From positions 434,001 to 498,000 of the forward strand of contig OZ251249.1 in NCBI GenBank assembly GCA_965240325.2: DNA of 64,000 bases. Direction: 5' to 3'. This DNA is from Rebecca billardiae RCC1528 (Eukaryota > Protista > Haptophyta). Below, piece by piece: positions 63,973 through 64,000 of this stretch. Each line of letters starts with the position of its first letter. Positions within the stretch are counted from its first letter, which is position 1. A model generated the notes under the pieces. That model was given only the letters and a program-made list of their open reading frames with translations, was not told the DNA's origin and did no database searches. The translations under genes were made by a program, and so were the position numbers.

Positions 63973-64000
63973 AAGGGTTAAGCCACTATAACTGTCAGGC

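Noticed and set aside
63981-63993. 13-mer agccactataact, inverted match to 36597-36610
   Set aside because: It lies at the window edge 27 kb from the match, and cannot be distinguished from chance or a shared TE terminus.

Overview
Very GC-rich eukaryotic nuclear DNA with short spliceosomal introns that mostly begin GTGCGC and end GCGCAG. The style suggests a Pavlovales-type haptophyte alga such as Diacronema, but this is an inference. The conserved intron-rich genes are two tandem Mpv17/PMP22 paralogs, a TM9SF/EMP70 nonaspanin, CFAP57/WDR65, PP2A regulatory subunit B55 and a C69 dipeptidase; there is also an intronless RING/RanBP2 zinc-finger gene. Between them lie TE-rich islands with (TA)n tracts, MITEs, hAT, Copia and mariner relics, and mostly intronless glycan-modifying genes (a DxD glycosyltransferase-like gene, three sulfotransferase-like genes, two SGNH/PC-esterase-like genes). 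The main finding is a family of TA-flanked, Tc1/pogo-like terminal inverted repeats (CAGTTTACTAAGAATAAGAGACGC.., CAGTTTACTATGTTTTAAGA.., CTCATTCTATGATTT..). They occur as inward-facing pairs bracketing 1.7-8.7 kb gene-bearing segments with no intact transposase (485-8228, 13842-15540, 33754-42474). Most copies sit 40-190 bp upstream of a gene start in the sense orientation. These are candidate gene-carrying 'Pack'-type TIR elements whose ends may act as promoters. A second oddity is an LTR-like array of three mariner-derived MITEs separated by a 1011-bp spacer, with TA only at the outermost ends (56495-60866). All assignments come from reading the sequence by eye; no database search was run.
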